Position numbers and translations under genes: made by a program. The notes beneath the pieces are model-generated. The model had not been told where the DNA came from. It did no database searches and worked only from the letters and a program-made list of their open reading frames with translations. Below are positions 20,227 to 29,121 of a DNA stretch of 64,000 nucleotides, in pieces. This stretch comes from Spirochaetia bacterium (GTDB lineage Bacteria; Spirochaetota; Spirochaetia; SZUA-6; Bin103). The stretch is taken from assembly GCA_965203905.1 (NCBI GenBank), contig CBDBDQ010000005.1:3040001-3104000 (forward strand), in the 5' to 3' direction. The first letter of the stretch is position 1. The number at the start of each line of letters is the position of its first letter.

Positions 20227-21231
20227 TCACTCCGTCGCCGACTCGTAGGATATGCGCGGATCTGACACGGCCAACAGAATGTCCGACAGCAGAGTGCCGA
20301 AGATCGTCAGAGTACTCAAGAGGAACACGATGGCGCCGGCGAGGTACATGTCCTGGCTCAAGAGCGCCCGGTACAGCAGAGGCCCAACGTCAGGGATGTT
20401 TGCCACCAGGGACACGATGACGGTACCCGAAATGATGTAGGGCAACTGCCAACCTGCCGCGGCTATCACGGGGTTCAGCGCGAGTCGCAGGGGGTACTTC
20501 ATGATGATCCTGATCTCGGACAGGCCCTTGGCCCTTGCCACGCGCATATAATCCTTGCCCAGCTCATCGAGCATGGCCGCGCGCAGCACCCTGACCGTGG
20601 CGGCAGTGCTGGACACGCCGAGCACGATGATTGGTACCAACAGGTGCTTGATCAGATCAATCAGCTTGGCGAAACTGAATGGTGCGTCCTGGAACTCTGG
20701 TGAAAACAGGCCGCCGATGGGGAAGTCGAGGTACAAGAACGCAATGACTATCAGAACCAGTGCAAGGAGGAAACTGGGTATCGAGATTCCGACGAAAGAT
20801 GCGAAGGTAAAGAAGTAGTCGGAAAACCTATTCTGCCGGACCGCGGTGAAAATACCTATCGGAACTGCGGCAACATAGAGAAACACAAGCGTTCCGACAC
20901 CAATGAGAAGGGTTATTGGCAGCCGCTCTCGGAGTAGTGAGCTGACCGGTTTGTTCCATGAGAAGGACAGGCCAAAATCTCCCTTCGTGAGAATGTTTCC
21001 GATCCACTTGAAATAGCGTATGAAGATCGGCTTGTCGAGACCGTAGCGGTTTCTTATTAGCGTAAGAAGAGCATCGGTGCGTTCCGGGTTCGCATCCTGC
21101 ATCACCAACCGTGACACATAGGTCGTTGCGAAGTCCCCGGGCGGGGCCTCCATAACCAGGAAGGAAAGAATGGAGACCAGGACCACCAGCAGGAATGCAG
21201 TCAATACTCTCCTGATTACGTATGCGGCCAT
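20227..21231 (-). CDS. Peptide/nickel ABC permease (OppB-like)
   Basis: YVIRR, PPGD, YGLDKP, GDFGLS, DYMRVARAKGL. Confidence 0.93.
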   Translation of the reverse strand: MAAYVIRRVLTAFLLVVLVSILSFLVMEAPPGDFATTYVSRLVMQDANPERTDALLTLIRNRYGLDKPIFIRYFKWIGNILTKGDFGLSFSWNKPVSSLLRERLPITLLIGVGTLVFLYVAAVPIGIFTAVRQNRFSDYFFTFASFVGISIPSFLLALVLIVIAFLYLDFPIGGLFSPEFQDAPFSFAKLIDLIKHLLVPIIVLGVSSTAATVRVLRAAMLDELGKDYMRVARAKGLSEIRIIMKYPLRLALNPVIAAAGWQLPYIISGTVIVSLVANIPDVGPLLYRALLSQDMYLAGAIVFLLSTLTIFGTLLSDILLAVSDPRISYESATE

Positions 21232-21366
21232 GTGCGTCTCGTATCTCAGCGCCGCAGAGCGATCATTCCGCTAGCCCAAGGTTTCGACAGGTACTTGGTT
21301 CAACAGAGACCGGCAGACGAGCCGCTGGTTGGCGGATCGTCTGCCGGAGTCGTGAGGCGGTAGCCG

Positions 21367-23475
21367 TTACAACCAGCCTTTCTCTTTGGCCCGCTGTACC
21401 CAGTCCCCGCCTTGTGCCTCGTAGTATTCGAACAGCTTGCTTTCGCTCTCCTCAACCATTGGCCGACTCTCGTAGTAGAACTGCGACGGCACATAGGGAT
21501 TGGTCCACCAGGTGTCCCAGAGAAAGAGCAGAGGGCCGTCTTCCAACGTTGGGAAGTTGCGCATGTCTTCGGCCACGATAACCGGGGCAGGTGAATAGCT
21601 GACGGTCTCAATGGTCCAGACATTTTCCGCCCGTATCTCATTCACCCTGAGTCCCCACTTGATCCTGTCCTCGGCCGATGCAGCTTTGCCCAGCTTGTTG
21701 TAATAGACGTCGATCAATTCCTTGTATTCCGCTGGCGGCTCGTCCCCCACGGAGCCCTCGGATACGTACCATTGATACCAGGAAACGCCTGTCTGGGGAA
21801 AACCTGAGTTGATGTAGATGATCGGAAACGCCTGAGGAACTATGTTGTGCTTGTGCCAGACCCGCATGACCGGGTCGTTGGTACCTCCGCGCTGCGCGAA
21901 CAGGCTGTGATCGTACTCCTTGATGTTCACGTTCAGCCCTATGTCCTGCCAGCCGTTGGCGACTATCTCCAGAGGTTCGCTGCGGCCGACGTGGGCGACG
22001 CTGTACTCGATGACCCACTCGATCGTTCTTCCTTCAGGATCGTCACGCCAGCCGTCGCCGTCCTGGTCTACGACGCCAAGTTCGTCCAGAATAGCTGCTG
22101 CCGCAGCGGGATCGTATTCCGCATACTTGGTCTGGAACTCGGGCCGGTACCACTCGCTTCCCTCCATGATGGTATTTCTGACGCCTTTGCCGACGCCCTG
22201 ATACACTTCATCGACGATCCGCTGTCTGTTGACCGAGATGGAAAGGGCAATGCGAAAGTCCTTGTTTCTGACCAGTTCGCGCATGACCTCGTTATCGGTG
22301 CTGTAGTTGATGTCCATGGCGGGATTGTTCGCACCGTTCAGCCAGATTTCCGTGCGGTATCCACCGCGCTCCTCGTACTGCTTGTACAACGGCAGCTTGG
22401 TGGTGTCGGTATGGAGTGCCTGGAAGTCGGACTCACCGGAGATGACCTTGCCATCGATCATCTGCAACTCGGAGACGAACTCGCCGATGATCCGGTCTAT
22501 GTACGGAAGCTGGTTGCGGGCGGTGTCGACGGTCCAGTAGTAGGGATTGCGTTCGAATACCATTCTGGTATCGCTCTTGTCGGTAACCACGTACGACATG
22601 ATGGTCGGGGGGAAGTCGCCAAAACGTTGCACTGAGCTCTGGTAACCGCGACCGAGAAAGGAATAGAGCTGGTGCCACTCTTCGAACCCCGCCGCCTCGG
22701 CGCGCTTCTTTGCCTCCGCTTCGCCGACGATGTCCGGGTGGTACTGCAGCTTGAAGTGCATCGGAACTATCCACGATTCGATCATCCAGCCGTTGCTCAT
22801 CATGTTGACCAGGTTGGGATAGGGCTCCGGTGAGGTATAACGAAGCGTGAATTCGTCTACGACCTCCTTCTTGACTACCCGGCCGACCTCGAGACCGGCA
22901 CCGGGTTCATTGACGAACGATACTGAATTGTCGTCGATAGTGACATTCTTCTCCTTTATGCTCGGATTGATAAAGGAATTGGATCTGTCGTACTTCCAGA
23001 ACTGGTAGAAGTTCTCCGTCGTCAAGGGATGTCCGTCGGACCACTTGAGGCCTCTTCTCAGGTGGAAGGTCCACTCCGTGAAGTCGTCTGTGACCTCATA
23101 TCCGGCAAACACCTGGGGAGCTCCCGGATGGCCGTCGGGAGTAACTGCGAAGGGGCTGTCGGCTCCCAGGTACAACTGAAGGTCCCAGGATCCGTTGGGA
23201 TCGCCGGTGTAAAACACCCGACCGGTGCCACCGTATGTGCCGACCGCGTGGAGCGGCTCCACTACCCGTGGATTCTCGGGCAAGCGCTCGTCGACCGGCG
23301 GGATCAGACCCTGCTCGACCATCTTGGCAAGGAGCGGATGCTCATTGTATCCGCCGCTCCCCGTCAGAACATTCTCTTCGGCCTTCGCCTCGGTCGTTTC
23401 GGTGCCCCCGGCCGCAAACGCCGCGGTTCCCGCGAGTAACAGGATGCAGGCACCAAGCAATGTCTTTTTGCTCAT
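21367..23475 (-). CDS. ABC substrate-binding protein, family 5 (paralog 2)
   Basis: Signal peptide; LIPPVDERLPENP, LRRGLKWSDGHP, ERNPYYW.VD...NQLPYID. Confidence 0.92.
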   Translation of the reverse strand: MSKKTLLGACILLLAGTAAFAAGGTETTEAKAEENVLTGSGGYNEHPLLAKMVEQGLIPPVDERLPENPRVVEPLHAVGTYGGTGRVFYTGDPNGSWDLQLYLGADSPFAVTPDGHPGAPQVFAGYEVTDDFTEWTFHLRRGLKWSDGHPLTTENFYQFWKYDRSNSFINPSIKEKNVTIDDNSVSFVNEPGAGLEVGRVVKKEVVDEFTLRYTSPEPYPNLVNMMSNGWMIESWIVPMHFKLQYHPDIVGEAEAKKRAEAAGFEEWHQLYSFLGRGYQSSVQRFGDFPPTIMSYVVTDKSDTRMVFERNPYYWTVDTARNQLPYIDRIIGEFVSELQMIDGKVISGESDFQALHTDTTKLPLYKQYEERGGYRTEIWLNGANNPAMDINYSTDNEVMRELVRNKDFRIALSISVNRQRIVDEVYQGVGKGVRNTIMEGSEWYRPEFQTKYAEYDPAAAAAILDELGVVDQDGDGWRDDPEGRTIEWVIEYSVAHVGRSEPLEIVANGWQDIGLNVNIKEYDHSLFAQRGGTNDPVMRVWHKHNIVPQAFPIIYINSGFPQTGVSWYQWYVSEGSVGDEPPAEYKELIDVYYNKLGKAASAEDRIKWGLRVNEIRAENVWTIETVSYSPAPVIVAEDMRNFPTLEDGPLLFLWDTWWTNPYVPSQFYYESRPMVEESESKLFEYYEAQGGDWVQRAKEKGWL

Positions 23476-23562
23476 TCTTTCCCTCCTGAGAGAATGATGT
23501 TTTCCGCCCTCAGGCCCCCAATCGAGATCCTCTGTGGGACGAGTTGTCAATATACGGGTCTT

Positions 23563-25677
23563 CTACAACCAGCCTTTTTCCTTAGCCCGTTGTATCCAAT
23601 CTCCGCCTTGAGCTTCATAGTATTCGAACAGCTTGCTATCGCTTTCGTCTACCATTGGCCGATTCTCGAAGTAGAATTGTGCTGGCACATAGGGATTGGT
23701 CCACCAGGTATCCCAGAGGAACAGAAGAGGGTCGTCCTCATTCGGAAAATTCCTCATGTCTTCTGCGACGATAACAGGCGCCGGCGTGTAACTGGCGGTC
23801 TCTATGGCCCAGACGTTTTCCGCCCTGAGCTCGTTGATCCTCAAGCCGTACTCGGTGCGCTGCTCCTTGGAGGTCGCCTTGGCGAACTTGTTATAGAAAA
23901 CGTCGATCAGCTCCTTGTACACCGCAGGGGGTTCGTCCCCTACCGCTCCCTCGGTTACATACCACTGATACCAGGAAGCGCCATGCTGAGGGAATCCCAC
24001 GTTGATGTAGAGAAACGGAAACGACTGGGGAACCGTACCGACATAGTGCCAGACGTGCATAACCGGCTCATTGGTGCCACGTCTCTCGCCAAACAGGTTG
24101 TGATCATACTCTTTGATGTTGGCGTTCAGCCCAATCTCCTGCCAACCGTTGACTATGATCTCAAGCGGTTCGGCGCGGCCCACATGGACCGTGCTGTATT
24201 CCAAGACCCACTCTATGTCCCTGCCTTGTCGGTCTTCGCGCCAGCCGTCGTTGTCGACGTCGACGACGCCGAGCTCATCCAGGATCTTTTTTGCCTTGTC
24301 GGGATCGTACTCGGCGTGCATGGTGGCGAACTCGGGTCGGTACCAATCGCTACCCTCCATGATCGTGTTTCTCATTCCTTGCCCGATGCCCTGGTACACC
24401 TCGTCGACAATGCGTTGCCGGTTGATCGAAATGGATAGAGCGATGCGAAACTCGAGGGTCCTGAGCAACTCCCGCATGACTTCATTTTCGGTGCTATAAA
24501 AGATGCCAATGGCGGGGTTGTTCGCGGGGTTCAGCCAAATTTCCGTGCGATAGTCACCTCTCTCCTCGAACTGCTTGTACAACGGCAGTTTGGTGGTGTC
24601 GGTATGCAGGGCCTGAAAATCCGACTCTCCGGAAATGATCTTTCCTTCGATCATCTCCAGCTCGGTAACGAATTCAGCGAACAGCCTGTCGATGTAGGGG
24701 AGCTGGTTGCGCGCGGTGTCCACCGACCAGTAGTAGGGATTGCGCTCGAACACCAATCTGGTGTCGCTCTTGTCCGTCAGTACATGCGACATGATGGTAG
24801 GCGGGAAGTCGCCAAAGCGCTGCACTGAACTCTGGTAACCGCGCCCGAGCAGATCGTAGAGCTGATGCCATTCTTCGTAGCCCGCCGCTATTGCCTTTTC
24901 TTTGGCTTCTTCCTCTCCCACAACATCAGGATGGTACTGCACTTTGAAGTGCATCGGCACTATCCAAGATTCCACCATCCAGCCGTTGCTCATGAGGTGA
25001 ATCAGATTGGGATACGACTCTTCGGTGGTATAGCGAATGGTATAGTCGTCGACGACTTCTTTGGTCACGACCCTGCCGACCTCTAATCCCTGACCCGGTT
25101 CGTTGACGAAGCGAACGGAGTTCTCGGTAATCGTTACATTTTCTTCCTTTATGCTGGGATTGACGAAAGGATTAGACCTGTCGTAGCGCCAGAATTGATA
25201 GTAATTCTCCGCAGTAAGAGGATGGCCGTCGGACCACTTGAGTCCTTTTCGTAGATAGAAGGTCCACTCAGTGAAGTCGTCAGATACTTCATACCCCTTG
25301 AATACCTGGGGGACACCGGGGTGTCCATCCGGGGTGGTTGAAAACGGGCTGTCACCGCCAAGAAACAACTGAATGTCCCAAGAACCGTTTGGATCGCCCA
25401 TGTAGAACAAGCGGCCAGTGCCGCCGTACTTTCCCACCTCGTCGTGCGGTTCCACGACGCGCGGTTCTTCCGGCAGGCGTTCGTCGACAGGTGGGATCAA
25501 GCCCTGCTCTACCATTTTGCTCAGCAGCGGATGCTCATTGTATGTTCCGGTTCCTGCCACCACGGCCGGTTCCGTCGTTTCCTCCGTCGTTTCCGTGCCG
25601 GCCCCGGCAAAAGCGCCGGTTCCCGCAACTAGCAGGATGCACGGGACACTGAATAATTTGAACAGTTTTTTGCTCAT
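23563..25677 (-). CDS. ABC substrate-binding protein, family 5 (paralog 1)
   Basis: Same motifs; collinear with 21367-23475; GGAGGAG SD. Confidence 0.92.
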   Translation of the reverse strand: MSKKLFKLFSVPCILLVAGTGAFAGAGTETTEETTEPAVVAGTGTYNEHPLLSKMVEQGLIPPVDERLPEEPRVVEPHDEVGKYGGTGRLFYMGDPNGSWDIQLFLGGDSPFSTTPDGHPGVPQVFKGYEVSDDFTEWTFYLRKGLKWSDGHPLTAENYYQFWRYDRSNPFVNPSIKEENVTITENSVRFVNEPGQGLEVGRVVTKEVVDDYTIRYTTEESYPNLIHLMSNGWMVESWIVPMHFKVQYHPDVVGEEEAKEKAIAAGYEEWHQLYDLLGRGYQSSVQRFGDFPPTIMSHVLTDKSDTRLVFERNPYYWSVDTARNQLPYIDRLFAEFVTELEMIEGKIISGESDFQALHTDTTKLPLYKQFEERGDYRTEIWLNPANNPAIGIFYSTENEVMRELLRTLEFRIALSISINRQRIVDEVYQGIGQGMRNTIMEGSDWYRPEFATMHAEYDPDKAKKILDELGVVDVDNDGWREDRQGRDIEWVLEYSTVHVGRAEPLEIIVNGWQEIGLNANIKEYDHNLFGERRGTNEPVMHVWHYVGTVPQSFPFLYINVGFPQHGASWYQWYVTEGAVGDEPPAVYKELIDVFYNKFAKATSKEQRTEYGLRINELRAENVWAIETASYTPAPVIVAEDMRNFPNEDDPLLFLWDTWWTNPYVPAQFYFENRPMVDESDSKLFEYYEAQGGDWIQRAKEKGWL

Positions 25678-25754
25678 TTGCTCCTCCTGTGAAGAGATGA
25701 CAGTGTTTCCCCTATAGAACCCGCTGTTGGGGGTATCTTGAGGGCAATGAAGTC

Positions 25755-25783
25755 GGTGTACATGGTATTGTAATCCTTGTCAA
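25755..25783 (-). promoter_or_regulatory. Putative sigma70 promoter for the family-5 ABC operon
   Basis: TTGACA-17 bp-TACACC on the minus strand. The spacer contains the near-palindrome GGATTACAATACC, a possible operator. Confidence 0.5.
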
Positions 25784-25987
25784 GGCCGTGCATTGCCGCA
25801 TTGCCTCACCAGGAATCCAGCAGTAGCGGCTGGCCCTCGGGGTCTGGTTTGAGCTTCTCTGAGGCAAAGGACGAGGTTCCAGAGGGAGAGGTCAGCAGCA
25901 CGTCTGCCGGAACGGGGTGGCGTTAGCGGTAGAAGTCGTCGCGCCACCTGCGCAGCATTAGAACCGGCTGCGAATCGGTGGGCGGCA

Positions 25988-26845
25988 CTACTTCAGACCG
26001 GGACCGGCGACATTGTTCCAGGTGGCCGGCTCGACCGCGCCGTCGTAGACCGGCATCACGTCGCCGACGATGGGGCGGGTCTGCTCGAGCCACCGGGACC
26101 AGTCGGGCCGCTCGGTGACGTGGCCGGCGATCAGCGCCTGCACCTCCTCGGGAAGTTCGTCGTAGGCGGGCCAGTACCAGATGGTGAGCACCGTCCGGCG
26201 CTCGCCGGAGCGGTTGGCGTGGGCGGAATGGAACATACGCGCGTCGCCCACCACCACGTCGCCGGCGCGCACCGGCACGTCCACCTCGCCGGCCGCGGGC
26301 TGCAGGGCCGGGTGCTCCAGGTTGGCGGCGGTGCCCACTTCGTCCGAATCGTGCGCCTGGCGCGGCAGGTCGTGCAGCGCATGCCGCCTCCGGTGCGAGC
26401 CCGGGATCACCCGCAGACAGCCGTTGTCGCGGTTGGTGTCGACCAGATAGTACATCAGGAAGTACTGCTGCGGCCGGTCGGTGTAGCTGATCGGGTGGTC
26501 CCACAGCACCCCGTCCTGGTGCCAGTAGAGCGGCGGAGCGTGCGGCGGCTTGCTGATCACGAATCCGCTCCACGCCCGCGGCCGCTCGAACCCCATGGCC
26601 GCGAACACCCCCAGCGCGCGCGGGTCGGCGAGCAACTCGGCGAACGCCGGATGGGGAAACTTCCAGTAGGGAATGATACATCCCTGCGCGCGATGCTGCT
26701 GGAAATGCTCGGGATCCTCCTGCGAGATGGTCCAGTCGCTCATCGCGTTCAGTTTCGCCACGGTGCCGGCATCCAGCACGTTCTCGAAGATGCAGAAGCC
26801 GTCGCGTATCAGTTGTTCCCGCTTTGCCTGCTCCCGTATGCGCAT
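25988..26845 (-). CDS. PhyH family Fe(II)/2OG dioxygenase
   Basis: RDGFCIFENVL, WHQDG, NGCLRVIPGSH, GDARMFHSAHAN...R. Confidence 0.92.
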   Translation of the reverse strand: MRIREQAKREQLIRDGFCIFENVLDAGTVAKLNAMSDWTISQEDPEHFQQHRAQGCIIPYWKFPHPAFAELLADPRALGVFAAMGFERPRAWSGFVISKPPHAPPLYWHQDGVLWDHPISYTDRPQQYFLMYYLVDTNRDNGCLRVIPGSHRRRHALHDLPRQAHDSDEVGTAANLEHPALQPAAGEVDVPVRAGDVVVGDARMFHSAHANRSGERRTVLTIWYWPAYDELPEEVQALIAGHVTERPDWSRWLEQTRPIVGDVMPVYDGAVEPATWNNVAGPGLK

Positions 26846-27074
26846 TCACCCTCCTCCTCAGGAACGTCCTCAGTACGGCTGACCGTATGTCAACGGCCAT
26901 GCCCGTCCACGTCAAGTGTAGCATTGCCTCACGCAGATTCCACACGAACGACTTTGCCCACGTTTGCCGCATGACACAGCGCAAGGCTTTCAGGCGCGAG
27001 CTGTCGCGGCGGTGCCGGCGCGACACGCCGAGCCGGTAGTGGAGGGACACGGCGATTCCGTGCACGATGTGGTC

Positions 27075-28151
27075 GTGAGCGCGCGCTACCGCGAGATCGA
27101 GGTGTACGGGACTCCGCACGAGATGGGGCTTCAGCTCGGCGAGGCGGCCGGAGAGGAGATCCGCGGCTTTGCCGCCATCGCCGTTGAGCGGGTCAACAAG
27201 ACCGCGTCGATCACCCGCGAGCAGGCGCTCGCCACCGCCAACGCGTGCATCCCGTACGTCGCCGACTACGCGCCGGACTTGCTGGCCGAGTTGCGCGGCA
27301 TGGCCGCGTCGAGCGGCGTGTCGCTGGACGAGTTGATGCTCCTGCAGGTCCGCAATCAGTTGCGCAGCCGCAAAGATGCCGGCCGAGCGGACGGCGACGG
27401 CGGCTGCACGGCACTGGCGGTGCGCCGGCCGGCGCTGGTGGCCCAGAACTGGGACAACGATCCGGCGCTCGATCCGTTCAACGTCGTGGTGACGCGCCGG
27501 CCGCACAAGGCCCCGGCGACGCTGACGGTTGGCCAGGCCGGCCTGATCGGGTACATCGGCTGCAGCGACCGCGGTATCGGCGTGTGCCTGAACGCGCTGC
27601 CGGCGCCGGCCCGCGACGTGGGGGTGCCGCACTACTTCATCGTCCGCCGCGTGCTGGAAGCCGAGTCGCTGGATGCCGCGATCGAGGCGGTACGCAGCGC
27701 CTACCGCGCCATACCGGCCAACATGATCCTGACCACGCCGCAGGGACCGGCCGACTTCGAGATCCTGATCGACGACCTGCACGTGCTGCGGCCGGCAGAC
27801 GGCGCCGCCTGGATGACGCACACCAACCACTGTCTGCATCCGGCTCTGACCGGCGTCAACGAGCGATTTCCGGAGCTCATCGAGTCGGGCCCCCGCAAGC
27901 GCCGCATCGACGACCTGCTGGGACTGGCCGGGGACGGCATCGACGTCGCCGTAGCGCAGTCGGCGCTATGCGATCACCAGGACCAGCCACGATCGATCTG
28001 CCGACACGCCAACGATCATCCCCGGCACGGCTTCTGGACCAGCGTGCTGTCGGTGGTCATCGAGGCGGACATCGGCCGCATGCACGTCAGCCGCGGCAAT
28101 CCCTGCGCCAACCCCTACGAGGAGTACCGGCTGGCTGGTGGAGACCCGTAG
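27075..28151 (+). CDS. C45 family autoproteolytic acyltransferase/peptidase (Ntn hydrolase)
   Basis: GTPHEMGLQLGE, ELRGMA, GG/CT nucleophile, AQNWD, HTNH, RGNPC; start uncertain (27069 or 27075). Confidence 0.9.
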   Translation: MSARYREIEVYGTPHEMGLQLGEAAGEEIRGFAAIAVERVNKTASITREQALATANACIPYVADYAPDLLAELRGMAASSGVSLDELMLLQVRNQLRSRKDAGRADGDGGCTALAVRRPALVAQNWDNDPALDPFNVVVTRRPHKAPATLTVGQAGLIGYIGCSDRGIGVCLNALPAPARDVGVPHYFIVRRVLEAESLDAAIEAVRSAYRAIPANMILTTPQGPADFEILIDDLHVLRPADGAAWMTHTNHCLHPALTGVNERFPELIESGPRKRRIDDLLGLAGDGIDVAVAQSALCDHQDQPRSICRHANDHPRHGFWTSVLSVVIEADIGRMHVSRGNPCANPYEEYRLAGGDP

Positions 28152-28214
28152 CGAGCCTTGTACCCCTGAGAACTATGTGCTACGTTTTGTCGCGACAGGA
28201 TTGTAGAGAGGCGG

Positions 28215-28550
28215 GTGATGCGGGACGTTTCGGTATTTTCGGTGCGTGACTTGCGGGTGAACTCGAGTACGCTGGTGCGCGAGGCCGAGGCTGGGCAGGT
28301 CTCCATCATCACCAAGCGGGGCAAGCCGGCGGTGCTGGCGTTGCCATTCGGGAGCCGGCTCCTGGAGGTGGGCCTCGACAAGGATCTTGCACTCTCCCTG
28401 TTCGAACGCCGGCTGATCACCATGGCGAAGGCAGCGAAGCTCGCCGGCGTCACCCAGGACGCATTCATGGATCTGCTCGCCGAGAGCGGACTGGTTGCTG
28501 TCGATTATCCTGCCGAGGAGTTGGCGGACGAACTGCGCGTCGAGATTTGA
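28215..28550 (+). CDS. Antitoxin: Phd-like N-terminus fused to a UPF0175 HTH domain
   Basis: FSVRDLR…IITKRGKP (Phd) plus LALSLFERRLITMAKAAKLAG…FMDLL…YPAEEL (UPF0175). Confidence 0.82.
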   Translation: MMRDVSVFSVRDLRVNSSTLVREAEAGQVSIITKRGKPAVLALPFGSRLLEVGLDKDLALSLFERRLITMAKAAKLAGVTQDAFMDLLAESGLVAVDYPAEELADELRVEI

Positions 28551-29038
28551 TCTCGCTGGTCGTGTCCGATGCCGGTCCGTTGATCGCACTGTCGCGGATC
28601 GGGCGGCTGTCGCTGCTGCCGGGTCTGTTTGAAACCGTGTCCGTTCCGGGCATCGTGGTGCGCGAGCTGCGACTGGACGAGCCGCGCGCGGGAGTGGCTC
28701 CACTGGCAGCGGCAATGCGGGAGCAGACTTGGCTACGCTCGATGGACCTGCCGGACGAACGCTCGATTCCCGGCCTCGACGCCGGCGAGTCCGCGGCGAT
28801 CCGTCTTGCCGGCCTCCTGAATTGCACGTTGCTGATCGATGAGCGCCGAGGACGCAGAATCGCGCGGCACCGAGGCATACCGGTTATCGGCATTGGCCGA
28901 GTTCTCGTTGCGGCGAAGGAGAGCGGGCGCCTCGAGTCGGTAGCGGCTGCCCTTACCGAACTGAGAGGATCCGGTTACCGGTTATCGGACCGTATCTGCG
29001 CGCAACTGCTCACGATCGCCGGCGAACGACAGCCATAG
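28547..29038 (+). CDS. DUF3368 family PIN-domain protein (putative toxin)
   Basis: VVSDAGPLIAL, LDAGESAAI, LLIDERRGR, GYRLS; TTGA overlap with the antitoxin. Confidence 0.88.
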   Translation: MISLVVSDAGPLIALSRIGRLSLLPGLFETVSVPGIVVRELRLDEPRAGVAPLAAAMREQTWLRSMDLPDERSIPGLDAGESAAIRLAGLLNCTLLIDERRGRRIARHRGIPVIGIGRVLVAAKESGRLESVAAALTELRGSGYRLSDRICAQLLTIAGERQP

Positions 29039-29121
29039 AAGCCAGGTTGCCGCCCGTGGCTGTACTGCCTCGCCGGGCCGCGCTACCGCCAACGCGTGCG
29101 ACATGGAAGAAACGAGCCGCG

